Shown here: positions 51,040-60,397 of the stretch, one piece after another
Position numbering within the stretch: the first letter of the stretch is position 1
Layout: each line of letters opens with the position of its first letter
Assembly: GCA_965248835.1 (NCBI GenBank)
Contig: CBDFLJ010000001.1
Span: 64,001-128,000, forward strand
DNA length: 64,000 bases
DNA from: Alphaproteobacteria bacterium
GTDB taxonomy: Bacteria > Pseudomonadota > Alphaproteobacteria > MPNO01
Direction: 5' to 3'
Notes under the pieces: generated by a model
The model's input: the letters and a program-made list of their open reading frames with translations, nothing else
What the model was told of the DNA's origin: nothing
The model's database searches: none
Made by a program: the position numbers and the translations under genes

Positions 51040-51470
51040 TAGGCGGTCCGCTTCAGCAAGCGATCGACTTCGCACAGAAAAGGGCCGGGCTGCTCGGCGT
51101 GCACCCGGTGGCCGGCGTCCGATATTTCGGCGAATTCCGCCCGCGGAAAACAGCATTCGATGTTCGGGCGGTGGCCAAGGCGGATATCGTCCGATTGCGC
51201 TCCGGCGATAAACAAGGTCGGGCCGTCGAACACACCGGGCGAGGCGATTTGCGGGAAATCCCATAGCGCGGACCGTGAGGATGGGATCGCATCCAGCTTG
51301 ATCCACCAGACGTAGCGACCGTCACGCGGCACCAAGTTCTGCAACAGCAGCCCGCGCCATCGTCCACCCGCTGGGCCAGCATCTCATCGGCATCGGACCG
51401 CCGCGACACCGCCTCCAGATCGACCGTCTATAACGCATCGATCAAGGGCGCGAAGCCGTGTTCGTAGCGC
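51039..51470 (-). pseudogene. YbfF/ABHD11-like esterase, decayed C-terminal fragment
   Basis: pieces in different frames: LEAVSRRSDADEML, LQNL..GRYVW, FDGPTLFIAGAQSD, AGHRVHAEQP; no N-terminal half. Confidence 0.7.
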
Positions 51471-51745
51471 ACCGGCGCGATGCCTGCCAATCCCTGTGCC
51501 GACGCTCGAAGGCGCGAACTCCCCAAGGGGCATCCACCGCGGCCACCGGCCGGGGCACGGGTCCCCCCAAGTGCTCTCACGGCGCGGGGGGCGAATGGTT
51601 GCTCCCGGCCAGTTAGCCCAGCTCACCGACATACCGGCGAAGCGCCAAAAAAGGTACAGGGACGCCTGGAAGCGCGTGAGTTGGAACGAAACCGCTTTCG
51701 GTTTGATTATAAATTTCCAGATCGGTTGAAGGACAGATCATCAAG

Positions 51746-51762
51746 TTGGCATAATTATAGCG
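51746..51762 (+). promoter_or_regulatory. candidate sigma54 (-24/-12) promoter
   Basis: TTGGCATAATTATAGCG, GG-N10-GC spacing, in an AT-rich tract upstream of 51838. Confidence 0.4.
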
Positions 51763-51837
51763 TATTATCAGTGAGATGAGCGAGATTCAGGAAGAAACGG
51801 CCATGCTAATTGTTCCTGCTGAGAAGGAAGGAAGGCC

Positions 51838-52695
51838 ATGGAAGACGATCGGCCCGACCGGCGCCCGTGGCGCTGGCCCGGCGATGCGCGGATCGCGGTC
51901 TCGATCGGCCTCGCCTTCGAGGCGTTCGAGGCGCGCTCTCAGTTCGTCACCTCGGTCGCATCCTCGGAGGTCAACCAGTTCTCGCTGTCCTATGGCGATT
52001 ACGGCTGGAAGGCCGGTGCTTGGCGCCTGCTGGACCTGCTCGACGCCTACGGCATCAAGGGCCAAGTCTATACCAACGGGCTCGCCGCTTCGGGGCATCC
52101 CGAGGTCGTCGCGGCGCTCGCCGGGGCGGGGCACGAGATCGTCGGCCATGGCTGGGCGAACGATCGTCCGATGCACGGGCGGGCGCCCGATGATGTCCGC
52201 GCCGAGATCCGACGCTGCACCGAGGCGCTGAGCGAGGCGGCGGGCACCCGCCCGGTCGGCTGGCTGAGCCCGGGCTATACCGGCACCGCGGAGTCCGACG
52301 CGATCCTCGCTTCGGAGGGCTATCTGTGGGCCGGCGATGATGCCTCCGACGATCTTCCCTTCGTTGCCCGGACCGACGGCGGGCCGATCGTGATCATCCC
52401 GACCCCGGGCCTCGCCACCAACGATCTGACCAATTGGCTCGCCCCGCGCAACGCGCCCTCCGTCGTCCGGGACGGCTTCGAGGACACGTTCGATCTGCTC
52501 TACGAAGAGGGCGGCCGGGGCAGCCCGAAATGGATCGAGCTCGTGCTGCACTGCCACGTCGCGGGCCGGCCCACCCTGATCCCCGCGATCAGGCGCTGTC
52601 TGGACCATGCCCGCGCCCACGACGACGTTCTGTTCATACGGCGCTGCGATCTTGCCGCATGGACCAGGGAACAGCATGAAGGGACAGACCGATAA
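51838..52695 (+). CDS. polysaccharide deacetylase family protein (PuuE allantoinase-like)
   Basis: WRWPGDARIAV, DYGWKAGAWRLL, HEIVGHG, RPVGWLSPG, DDLPF, FDLLYEEG, LHCHVAGRP. Confidence 0.85.
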   Translation: MEDDRPDRRPWRWPGDARIAVSIGLAFEAFEARSQFVTSVASSEVNQFSLSYGDYGWKAGAWRLLDLLDAYGIKGQVYTNGLAASGHPEVVAALAGAGHEIVGHGWANDRPMHGRAPDDVRAEIRRCTEALSEAAGTRPVGWLSPGYTGTAESDAILASEGYLWAGDDASDDLPFVARTDGGPIVIIPTPGLATNDLTNWLAPRNAPSVVRDGFEDTFDLLYEEGGRGSPKWIELVLHCHVAGRPTLIPAIRRCLDHARAHDDVLFIRRCDLAAWTREQHEGTDR

Positions 52696-52825
52696 CGCCG
52701 TGCGCGAGCCCGCCGTCCTCTTCCTGGTTGAGGCACGCGGTCGGGCAGGCCTCCGATAGGCGCGGCAAACCCTCGGTCTTCTCGCCCGAACGCGGCGGTC
52801 GGAACCGGCCGTGGACGCCGTCGCG

Positions 52826-53608
52826 TCAGCCGAACGCCGGGATGCCGATGCCCTTGCGGGCGGTCTCCAACAGGCTGTAGGCGGTGAGCGCGGAGGTCTT
52901 GGGGTTGGTCGGCGAGGCGAGGGCGAGAATCTCGAAGCGGAAGGTGCCGAAGGCGCCCTCGGCCTCGATCACCCCCAGCGGGTCGGCGACCCGGCGCGAG
53001 GAGACCAGCCGGACCTCGGTGTCCTCGAAGCCGAGCCCGGCGATGGCCACGGCAGCCGAGACGTTGGCGTTCTGCGGGTAGTCGCTGGCGGCCGTGCGCG
53101 CCGAGCCGGTGAAGAACACCACCTCCGCTTCGGCATGGTCGAGGTCGATCGCCGCCTCGGCCGGCGTGCCGCGCCAGGCGTGCGGCGGCTTGTAGGAGGT
53201 GTAGACCACCCTCGACAGGCCGGCGGTCCGGGCGGCGATCAGCCCGTCGAGCCCGGCGATCGCCCCCGGCGGTACGATCGCCCGCCCGCCGCCGGATTGC
53301 GCCGTCTCCAGCCGCCTTGCCATGTCCCGGTCGGCCAGCGCGCCCACCGCGGCGATGACGAGATCGGTGCCGTTCTCGAGGATGGTGGGCCCGTAGACCG
53401 CCACCGCACCGTGGCCGGCCGCCTCGATCACGATGTCGGGGCTGGTCCGCAGCAGCCCGTCGAGGTCGCGGAAGACCGCAACGCCGGGATCGGCGGCCGG
53501 ATCGGAGCGGACCAGGATACCGGCAAGGCTTGCCAGTGCGCCTTCGGCTTGCAGGCGTTCGACGATCGCCTGCCCGATGGCGCCGTGGCCGATCATCCCC
53601 AGTCGCAT
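52826..53608 (-). CDS. nadX: L-aspartate dehydrogenase (NadX family)
   Basis: IGHGAIG, EAAGH, GAIAGLD, KPP, YPQNANV, NPKTSALTAYS. Confidence 0.9.
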   Translation of the reverse strand: MRLGMIGHGAIGQAIVERLQAEGALASLAGILVRSDPAADPGVAVFRDLDGLLRTSPDIVIEAAGHGAVAVYGPTILENGTDLVIAAVGALADRDMARRLETAQSGGGRAIVPPGAIAGLDGLIAARTAGLSRVVYTSYKPPHAWRGTPAEAAIDLDHAEAEVVFFTGSARTAASDYPQNANVSAAVAIAGLGFEDTEVRLVSSRRVADPLGVIEAEGAFGTFRFEILALASPTNPKTSALTAYSLLETARKGIGIPAFG

Positions 53609-53646
53609 GGGGGCTGGCCGTTATCGGAAAGAATCCAGGACAAGCC

Positions 53647-55345
53647 CTAATCGGCGACCGCGACGTTGAGGATGGCGGTCCTTCCGTCCGCCACCGCGGC
53701 GCGCGCGGCCTCCAGCGCGCCCGGCAGCGCCCCGGGGTCCTCGATTCTTTCGCCGTGCCCGTCGAACGGGCGGACAAGCTCGGCATAGTCGAGGTCGGTG
53801 ATCAGGTTGCCGTAGAACAGGTCGCGCTCGGCCGCGACGCCATCGGGATAGAACCGCTTGTGCTCGCGTCCCATCGCGCGATAGCCGTTGTTGTTGACCA
53901 CCACGATCAGGATCGGCAGGTCCTCGTGCTTGGACAGCGCAAGGCTCTGGATGACCGGGTTGTACATGAACGAGCCGTCGCCGAGGACGGAGACGACCAT
54001 ACGCTCGGGTGCGGCCATCTTCAGCCCGAGCGCGACGCCGAGCCCCTGGCCGAGCCCGCCGGCCACCCGGAAATAGCTCTGCGGGCCCTTGTAGGGCCGG
54101 TGGCGCATCAGCCGGCCGCGGTGGGTGATGGTTTCATCGGCATAGATCGCGTCATCGGGCATCGCATCGCCGAGGGCCGCGAACAGCGCGATGGGGTCGA
54201 TCTGACGTTTTGGCCCGTGCCGCGGCCACGATCGCCTTGTCGGCGCGGGCCAGTTCGGCGTGGGCGCCGGCCCAGCCGGCCGCGCGGTCCGCGATCCGCC
54301 CGGCATCCGGCTTGGCGGCGCGCACCGCCTCGGCCAGGAGCTCCAGCGTCGCGGTGCAGTCGCCCTCCAGGTAGTCGTCGGCCTGGAGGTTCTGATGGAC
54401 CATATCGGGGCGGAACGGCGTCTCGTCGATCGCCACGATCCGCGCCTTCGCGGGGCGGTTGCCGGGCGGCGACCACGGCGCACGGCAGCGCAGCATCAGG
54501 ATCAGATCGGCGTCGTCCAGCAAATCCGGTTGGCCGATACCCTGGTAGAGGTCGTGATCGGCCGGGAAGTTGGCGTAGTCCGCGCGCGCCGCATCGACGA
54601 CCGGGATCGCCAGCAGCTCGGCCAGCGCGATCAGCGCGTGATAGCCCGCGGCCTCGCGTCCGGAGGCATCGGCGAGGATCGCGGGGGACTTCGCGGCCAC
54701 CAGCAGATCGGCGATGCGCTCGATCTCGGCCGCCGCGGGCCGCGGCTTGGGCGCCGGCGGCACGTCGCGGATCTCACGCGGCGGCGTCCAGGCGTGGAGC
54801 TGCGTCTCGATCGGCACGGTCATGAAGACCGGTCCGGCAGGCGAACGCTGGGCCATCTCGCCGGCGCGGACGAGCTGTTCGAACAGGGTCGCCGGGCTCG
54901 AAGCCTGGGACGACCACTTGACCAGCGGCTCGGCAAGCCGGTGGGGACCGCCTACGCTGCTCAGCGTCGACAGCCATTGCCCGCCGGGATCGAAACCCTC
55001 CTGCTCGCCGTAGGTCACCGACTCGCCGGCGAGCACCACCATCGGGATGGCCTGGCGCAGGGCGGCATCGATCCCCATCGATCCCTGCAGCAGCCCGACC
55101 CCGGTATGCAGCATCACCGCCTGCATGCGCCGGGTGATCTCGCTGTAGCCGATGGCCAGATCGACCGCCAAGGTCTCGTGCGCGCAGCTGAAGTATTTCG
55201 GCCCCGGCGCGTTGGCGAGGTCCTGGCGGGTGAACGCCTCCCAGACCGCACCCCATTCGGAGCCCGGCGAGGCCATCACGTAGTCGCATCCGAGCGACCG
55301 GAAGGCCTGGACGATCGCCTCGCCGCAATCGAGCGTGTTCTTCAT
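53647..55345 (-). CDS. thiamine-diphosphate-dependent enzyme (1-nt frameshift at the T-run 54208-54211)
   Basis: ASPGSEW, AHETLA, GGLGQGLG, GDGSF...NNNGY motif; removing one base joins the two ORFs. Confidence 0.85.
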
Positions 55346-55821
55346 GGCCGGCTCCTGCTTTCCTCGGCCGCCCGGGCCTTGCGGAACTCGGGCAGGGTCA
55401 CGGCGCCGGCATAGATCTCGAAGCAGATGCCGTTGGGATCGTTGAAAAAGATCGCGTAGCTGCCGCTGCCGCCGTCGATGCCGCCGCCCTCCGGGCCCTG
55501 GACATAGGGACCGTCGATCGCAATGCCGTGCGCCTGGAGTTTCCGGTGCCAGGCCTGGACGTCCTCGCGGGTCTCGGCGGGCATCGCGATATGATGGACG
55601 CCGGTGCGCTCGGCCTTGGAATTGCCGCTGGGCAGCGGCGCGCCGTCCTCGAACAAAGCGAGGCTGTGGTGGCGCACCCCGTCGAGGCTGACGAAGGCGA
55701 TCCGGCCCACCGGCGCCCGGTCGATGCAAGTCACCTCGGCTCCCAGCAACTCGAGAAAGGCGATCTCTTCTTCGAGATCGCGCACATGAAGCCCGACATG
55801 ACCGATCGAAAGCGGTTCCAT
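55342..55821 (-). CDS. VOC family protein
   Basis: IGHVGLHVRD, HHSLAL, GVHHIAM, FFNDPNGICFE. Confidence 0.85.
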   Translation of the reverse strand: MEPLSIGHVGLHVRDLEEEIAFLELLGAEVTCIDRAPVGRIAFVSLDGVRHHSLALFEDGAPLPSGNSKAERTGVHHIAMPAETREDVQAWHRKLQAHGIAIDGPYVQGPEGGGIDGGSGSYAIFFNDPNGICFEIYAGAVTLPEFRKARAAEESRSRP

Positions 55822-55885
55822 CAAACGATCCTCCCTGCCTGGGCCCACCAGCCTAGCCGCATCTCGGGCCGATGTCTCGCGAAGA

Positions 55886-57094
55886 TCAGCCGCCGGCCTG
55901 CAGGGTCTTGCGCAGGGCATCCAGGAGGTTGATCACCGCATATTCGCGCACCCGGTCGCGGTCGCCGGGAAGCGCCACCCGGCGGGCGGTCGCGGCCTGC
56001 GCGCTGGCGATGCCCATATGGACGGTGCCGGGCGGGGCGTCCTCGCCCGGCGCGGGGCCAAAGGCGGAGATGCCGAAATCGGCTCCCAGCGCCGCGCGGA
56101 TCGCCGACGCGGCATGGCGGGCGCGGTCCGGCCCCGACGACGGGGTGTCGGCGGCGGCGGTCCAGGCACCGGTGCGGCCGCCCAGGAAAGTCTCCATCGC
56201 CGGGTCCACAGCGCTCAGCCTCGCGGCGAGGAGGCCGCCGGTCAGCATCTCGGACACCGCAAGCGTCTTGCCCGCCATGCGCAGCATCTCCAGGACAACG
56301 ACTTCCATCGACTGGTCGTCGATGCCGAAGACCACATCGCCCAGCAGGCCCCGGACCAACGCCTCCTCGGCGTCGATCACCCGTGCAGCCTCGGCCTCGC
56401 TGCCTGCCTTGGCGGTGATCCGCACCTTGAGGCCTTCCATGCCGCTGGCCTGGAACGCAAGGGTCGGATTGCCGAGCCCGTCGAGCGCCTGGATTCGGTC
56501 GGCCAGGATCTCGGCTAGGCCCGACTCGCTCTGCCCCCAGGTGCGCAGGACCCGGCTGCGGATCACCGATTGGGTGCCCGAGCGGCGGCGCAAATCGGGC
56601 AGCACGCTACCCGCCAGCATCTCGCGCATCTCGGAAGGGACGCCCGGGACGGCGTAGATCACCTTCTCGCCGACCGGGCATACCAGGCCCGAGGCGGTGC
56701 CCGGCATCTCAGGGATCGGCGCCGCGCCCAGGGGGATGTCGGCCTGGCGCCGGTTGTTCTCGGTCATCACCCGGCCGCGCCGGGCGAACAGGTTGACGAT
56801 CTTCTGTTCGATCACCGGGTCGCGGCGCAACGCGACCCCCATGACCTCGGCGATGACCTCGCGGGTGATGTCGTCCTGGGTCGGCCCCAGCCCGCCGCAG
56901 CAGATCACCGCCTCGGCCCGGTCCAGCGCCTGGCGGATGCAGTAAGCCATCCGTTCGGCGTTGTCGCCCACCTTGACCTGGAAGTGCGAGTCGATGCCGA
57001 TCAGCGCGAGCTGCTCGCCGATCCAGGACGAGTTGGTGTCGGTGATCTGTCCGAGCAGCAGCTCGGTGCCGATGGCAACCACTTCGCAGCGCAA
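55886..57094 (-). CDS. cinA: CinA family protein (COG1058 domain plus degenerate PncC domain)
   Basis: GTELLLGQITDTN, VGDN, GGLGPTQDDITR, PGVPSEM, GQSES. Confidence 0.9.
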   Translation of the reverse strand: MRCEVVAIGTELLLGQITDTNSSWIGEQLALIGIDSHFQVKVGDNAERMAYCIRQALDRAEAVICCGGLGPTQDDITREVIAEVMGVALRRDPVIEQKIVNLFARRGRVMTENNRRQADIPLGAAPIPEMPGTASGLVCPVGEKVIYAVPGVPSEMREMLAGSVLPDLRRRSGTQSVIRSRVLRTWGQSESGLAEILADRIQALDGLGNPTLAFQASGMEGLKVRITAKAGSEAEAARVIDAEEALVRGLLGDVVFGIDDQSMEVVVLEMLRMAGKTLAVSEMLTGGLLAARLSAVDPAMETFLGGRTGAWTAAADTPSSGPDRARHAASAIRAALGADFGISAFGPAPGEDAPPGTVHMGIASAQAATARRVALPGDRDRVREYAVINLLDALRKTLQAGG

Positions 57095-57232
57095 GGGCGG
57101 TCCCCTCTCTTCAGGTTCGCGCCGTTTTACCCCAGCCGCCCAGGATTGACATCCGGGTGTTGCCGGGCACCGGTCTTCCGATCCTCGGCCCGGCGCAGCT
57201 TATCGGTGGACGGGACGTGCGGAAACCGTGCC

Positions 57233-57865
57233 TCAGGCCGGGTTCGGGGCGTCTCCCAGCCGGCCCGGCGAGATCGAGCACTGGCCGCGGTCGGGGTTGG
57301 GCTCGACCGGGCCGTCGATGATCTCCGCCAGCGCGTCCGCCCCGCCGACATAGTGGGCATCGATCCAGATCTGCGGCACGGTGATCGGCGTCTTGGGTCC
57401 GACGATCGGCTTGACCCGGGCCAGCATCTCGTAGAGCGCGGCCGGCTCGCGGACCACGTCGTGATAGGCGTAGTCGATCCCCGCTCGGTCGAGATAGGCC
57501 TTGGCGCGCACGCAGTGCGGACAGGTCTCCTTGCCGAAGACGTGGTTGCCGGTGATCGCGGTGCGTGCGGTGTGCGCGGCGATCACCGCCTGGGTCAGCA
57601 CGCCCCGGTTGAGCGCCGCTCCCTGGCTGATCACCTTGCCCTCGACCATGACGATCGGCGCGTGCCAGCCGCCCTTGGGCAGCGGGCGCCACCACTCGGT
57701 CAGCCAGTCGCAGATGTCCAACGCGACGGGAACACCGTCGAGCTCGACCGCCATCGTGTCGGCGATCACGTCCTTGGTCAGCGAACATTCGCCGCACGGA
57801 ATCTTGACCTTGAACGGCCCCCACTGGCCCGCCCAGCGATACAGCGTGATCTTGACCGGCTCCAT
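57233..57865 (-). CDS. two-domain glutaredoxin/thioredoxin-fold protein
   Basis: N-domain CGEC...WHAP; C-domain CPHC...TVPQIWI...YVGG. Confidence 0.85.
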   Translation of the reverse strand: MEPVKITLYRWAGQWGPFKVKIPCGECSLTKDVIADTMAVELDGVPVALDICDWLTEWWRPLPKGGWHAPIVMVEGKVISQGAALNRGVLTQAVIAAHTARTAITGNHVFGKETCPHCVRAKAYLDRAGIDYAYHDVVREPAALYEMLARVKPIVGPKTPITVPQIWIDAHYVGGADALAEIIDGPVEPNPDRGQCSISPGRLGDAPNPA

Positions 57866-58029
57866 CGCCAACCCCGTCGACTTGCCTCCGTCGCCTCACC
57901 ACAGATGGGGGCGCAAAGCCGCGAATGCGACCCCATCGATCATCAGATGTTCGTGAATGCGCCGCCGCCCTTCGCATGCACCCCGATCCCGGCTAGACTG
58001 CTCGGGCCGCGCCGGAGGAGGGACACGCC

Positions 58030-58278
58030 GTGCTGAACGCGGTCGCGATCGCTCTCGATCAGATCTACGTCCCGGTCAAGCGCCGTCAGACCCTCGACGA
58101 GGCCAAGGTCGAGGCGCTGGCCGGAGACATCATCGACAACGGGCTGAAGATCCCGATCCAGGTCCGCCGCGACAAGGAGCGCTACGTGCTGCTCGAAGGT
58201 CTGCACCGGCTGGAGGCCGCGCGCGCGTTGGGCGAGGTGACGATCGAGGCCCTCATCGTCAGCGTCCGTCAGCACTGA
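58030..58278 (+). CDS. stand-alone ParB/Sulfiredoxin N-terminal domain protein
   Basis: KVEALAGDI..NGLKIPIQV, LLEGLHRLEA; GGAGGG RBS. Confidence 0.8.
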   Translation: MLNAVAIALDQIYVPVKRRQTLDEAKVEALAGDIIDNGLKIPIQVRRDKERYVLLEGLHRLEAARALGEVTIEALIVSVRQH

Positions 58279-58371
58279 TCGAGGCGGCACCGGTCGTGGT
58301 TGCGCCGCGGCTTGCCGCGGCCCCGCCCCGCCGATAGCGTTCGCACCTGCGCGGGGTGTTGGGGGAAGGCG

Positions 58372-59233
58372 ATGCATTGGACCGAACGGCGGCGGCGGTT
58401 CCGCGCCCTGATCGCGGGCGAACGCTGCGTGCATCCGGGCTCGGTCTTCGATCCGATCTCGGCGCGGATCGCCGAGGATCTGGGCTTCGAGGCCGGCATG
58501 TTCGCAGGCTCGACCGCCTCGCTCGCCGTGCTGGGCGCGCCGGACCTGATCGTGCTCACCCTGGGCGAGTTCGCTCGGCAGGCCCACCGGATCTGCCGGG
58601 CCGGCGACCTCGCCCTCCTGGTCGACGCCGATCACGGCTACGGCAACGCGCTGAACGTCATGCGCACGGTCGACGCGCTGGAGACCGCCGGCGTCTGCGC
58701 GCTGACCATCGAGGATACCGACCTGCCCCGGCCGTTCGCCACCGATGCGCCACGGCTGATCCCGCTCGAGGAGGGGATCGGCAAGATGAAAGCCGCCCTC
58801 GCTGCGCGCCAGGACCCGGACCTGGTGATCGCCGCACGCCACCGGCGCGCTCACGATCACCGGGCTCGACGATGCCATCCGGCGGATCCGGGCCTACCAG
58901 GCGGCCGGTGTCGATGCGGTGTTCCTGACCGGTGTGCGCACGCCGGACCAGATCGAGGCGATTGCCGATGCGGTCGATATCCCGGTCTTCCTCGGGGCGG
59001 CGGGCCCGGACATCATGGACCTCGCCTATCTCGGCGCCCACGGGATCAGGATTTGCCTGCAGGGCCACCAGCCGTTCGTGGCCGCTGTCCAGGCGGTGCA
59101 TGCGACGCTCAAAGCGCTGCGCGAGGGCGCCGACCCGTCCGACCTCAAGGGCCTCGCAGCGCCCGAACTGATGAAATCCCTGACGCGAGAGTCCGACTAC
59201 CGGCGCTGGACCGCGGATTTCCTCGACGGCTAG
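58372..59233 (+). CDS. isocitrate lyase/PEP mutase family protein, oxaloacetate decarboxylase-like (1-nt frameshift near 58840)
   Basis: [33 protein letters not shown]; extra C after AAR, rest continues in the frame ending 59233. Confidence 0.85.
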
Positions 59234-59280
59234 CGCTTGTTCCAATCGACCGCGTCGGTCCGTTCCGTTCCGGTCGAGGT

Positions 59281-60255
59281 CTAGCGCCGCCAGATGCCGG
59301 CCTCCTTGTAGAATTTGACGGCGCCGGGGTGATAGGGCAGGTCGGGGCCGTGGTCCTTGGCCATGTTGGCCGACCTGTGGCTGCGCCACAGCGGGCTGGT
59401 CTCCTTCAGCGCGGCCTCGTTGGCGTACATCGCCTTGGCGACCTGGTAGACCACCTCGTCCTTCAGGCCGGCATGAGTCCAGATCGAATAGTCGTAGGAC
59501 AGCGCCTGGAGCGGCTTGTCGAAGCCGACCAGCTTCTTGTTGGGCGGGATCGGCTCGATCCACGACTTGGGATAGAGCTTGTTGAGCCGCGCCAGGGCCT
59601 CCGGCGAGGGATCGAGCGAGACGAAGCGGACCCCGCCGGAGATGCTGGCGTTGAGGTCCTTGACGATGGCCGAGCCGATCGCCGCGGTGGCGACCTGGAT
59701 CTTGCCCTGCTTCATCGCGTTCCAGTGCTGACGCAGCGCGACGGCGGGGACCGGCTTGATCTCGTCCTGGCCGATACCGGCATTGGCGAGAAAACACCGC
59801 ATCAGCAGACCGATCACCGGCGAGGCCTTGAAGCCCACCGGATAGGTCTTGCCCCTGATATCGTCCAGGGATTGGATGTTGGCGCTGCTTGCGGTCAGGA
59901 CGCCGACCTGGAACTTCATCATGCTGGCGACGAGCCTGAGGTTCTTGTGCGGCCGCTTGGAGATGCCGAAGCCTTCCACGCCCATCGTGTATTGCGGGAT
60001 GTTGGACAGCCCGAAATCAAGCTCGCCGGCGTTGACGATCGGAAAATACTGCTGAGTGCCGCCCATCGGCTGGGGCCGCATGCTCAGTGCGGAATTGCGG
60101 GTCACCACCTTGGCGATGGCGGCCGAGATCTGCGCAAGCGCACCGCCTTTGGTGGTCCCGATTCCGACGCTCTGAGCCTGCGCCGCGGCGGCGGCGATCA
60201 CCATCGCAGCCGCGCCCGCCATTGCTGCCAAATGTTTCATCGTCAGACGTTTCAT
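59281..60255 (-). CDS. TAXI family TRAP substrate-binding protein
   Basis: signal peptide, [44 protein letters not shown]. Confidence 0.88.
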   Translation of the reverse strand: MKRLTMKHLAAMAGAAAMVIAAAAAQAQSVGIGTTKGGALAQISAAIAKVVTRNSALSMRPQPMGGTQQYFPIVNAGELDFGLSNIPQYTMGVEGFGISKRPHKNLRLVASMMKFQVGVLTASSANIQSLDDIRGKTYPVGFKASPVIGLLMRCFLANAGIGQDEIKPVPAVALRQHWNAMKQGKIQVATAAIGSAIVKDLNASISGGVRFVSLDPSPEALARLNKLYPKSWIEPIPPNKKLVGFDKPLQALSYDYSIWTHAGLKDEVVYQVAKAMYANEAALKETSPLWRSHRSANMAKDHGPDLPYHPGAVKFYKEAGIWRR

Positions 60256-60397
60256 AGAATGACTCCGTGTTGCGCCAATGCCCTTCGCACCCGTGTGCGT
60301 TGGTCGGTTTGCGGGCGAAGAGTAGCACCGATCGCCCCGGCCGATCGATCTTGGCGCATCGTTACCGCGTCCGGTCATCGATGATAGTCTCGCTCGC

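Noticed and set aside
51496-51729. Short ORF ending LTDIPAKRQKRYRDAWKRV, faintly like the C-terminus of a polyamine-binding protein
   Set aside because: Too short and degenerate to support; lies in a decayed region.
57095-57232. Structured RNA or promoter (TTGACA at 57146) between cinA and the glutaredoxin gene
   Set aside because: No matching -10 element and no recognisable RNA family signature; the hairpins are explained by GC content.
58030-58278. ParB as evidence of a plasmid or partition locus
   Set aside because: No HTH domain, parA, parS or rep gene; chromosomal core genes surround it.
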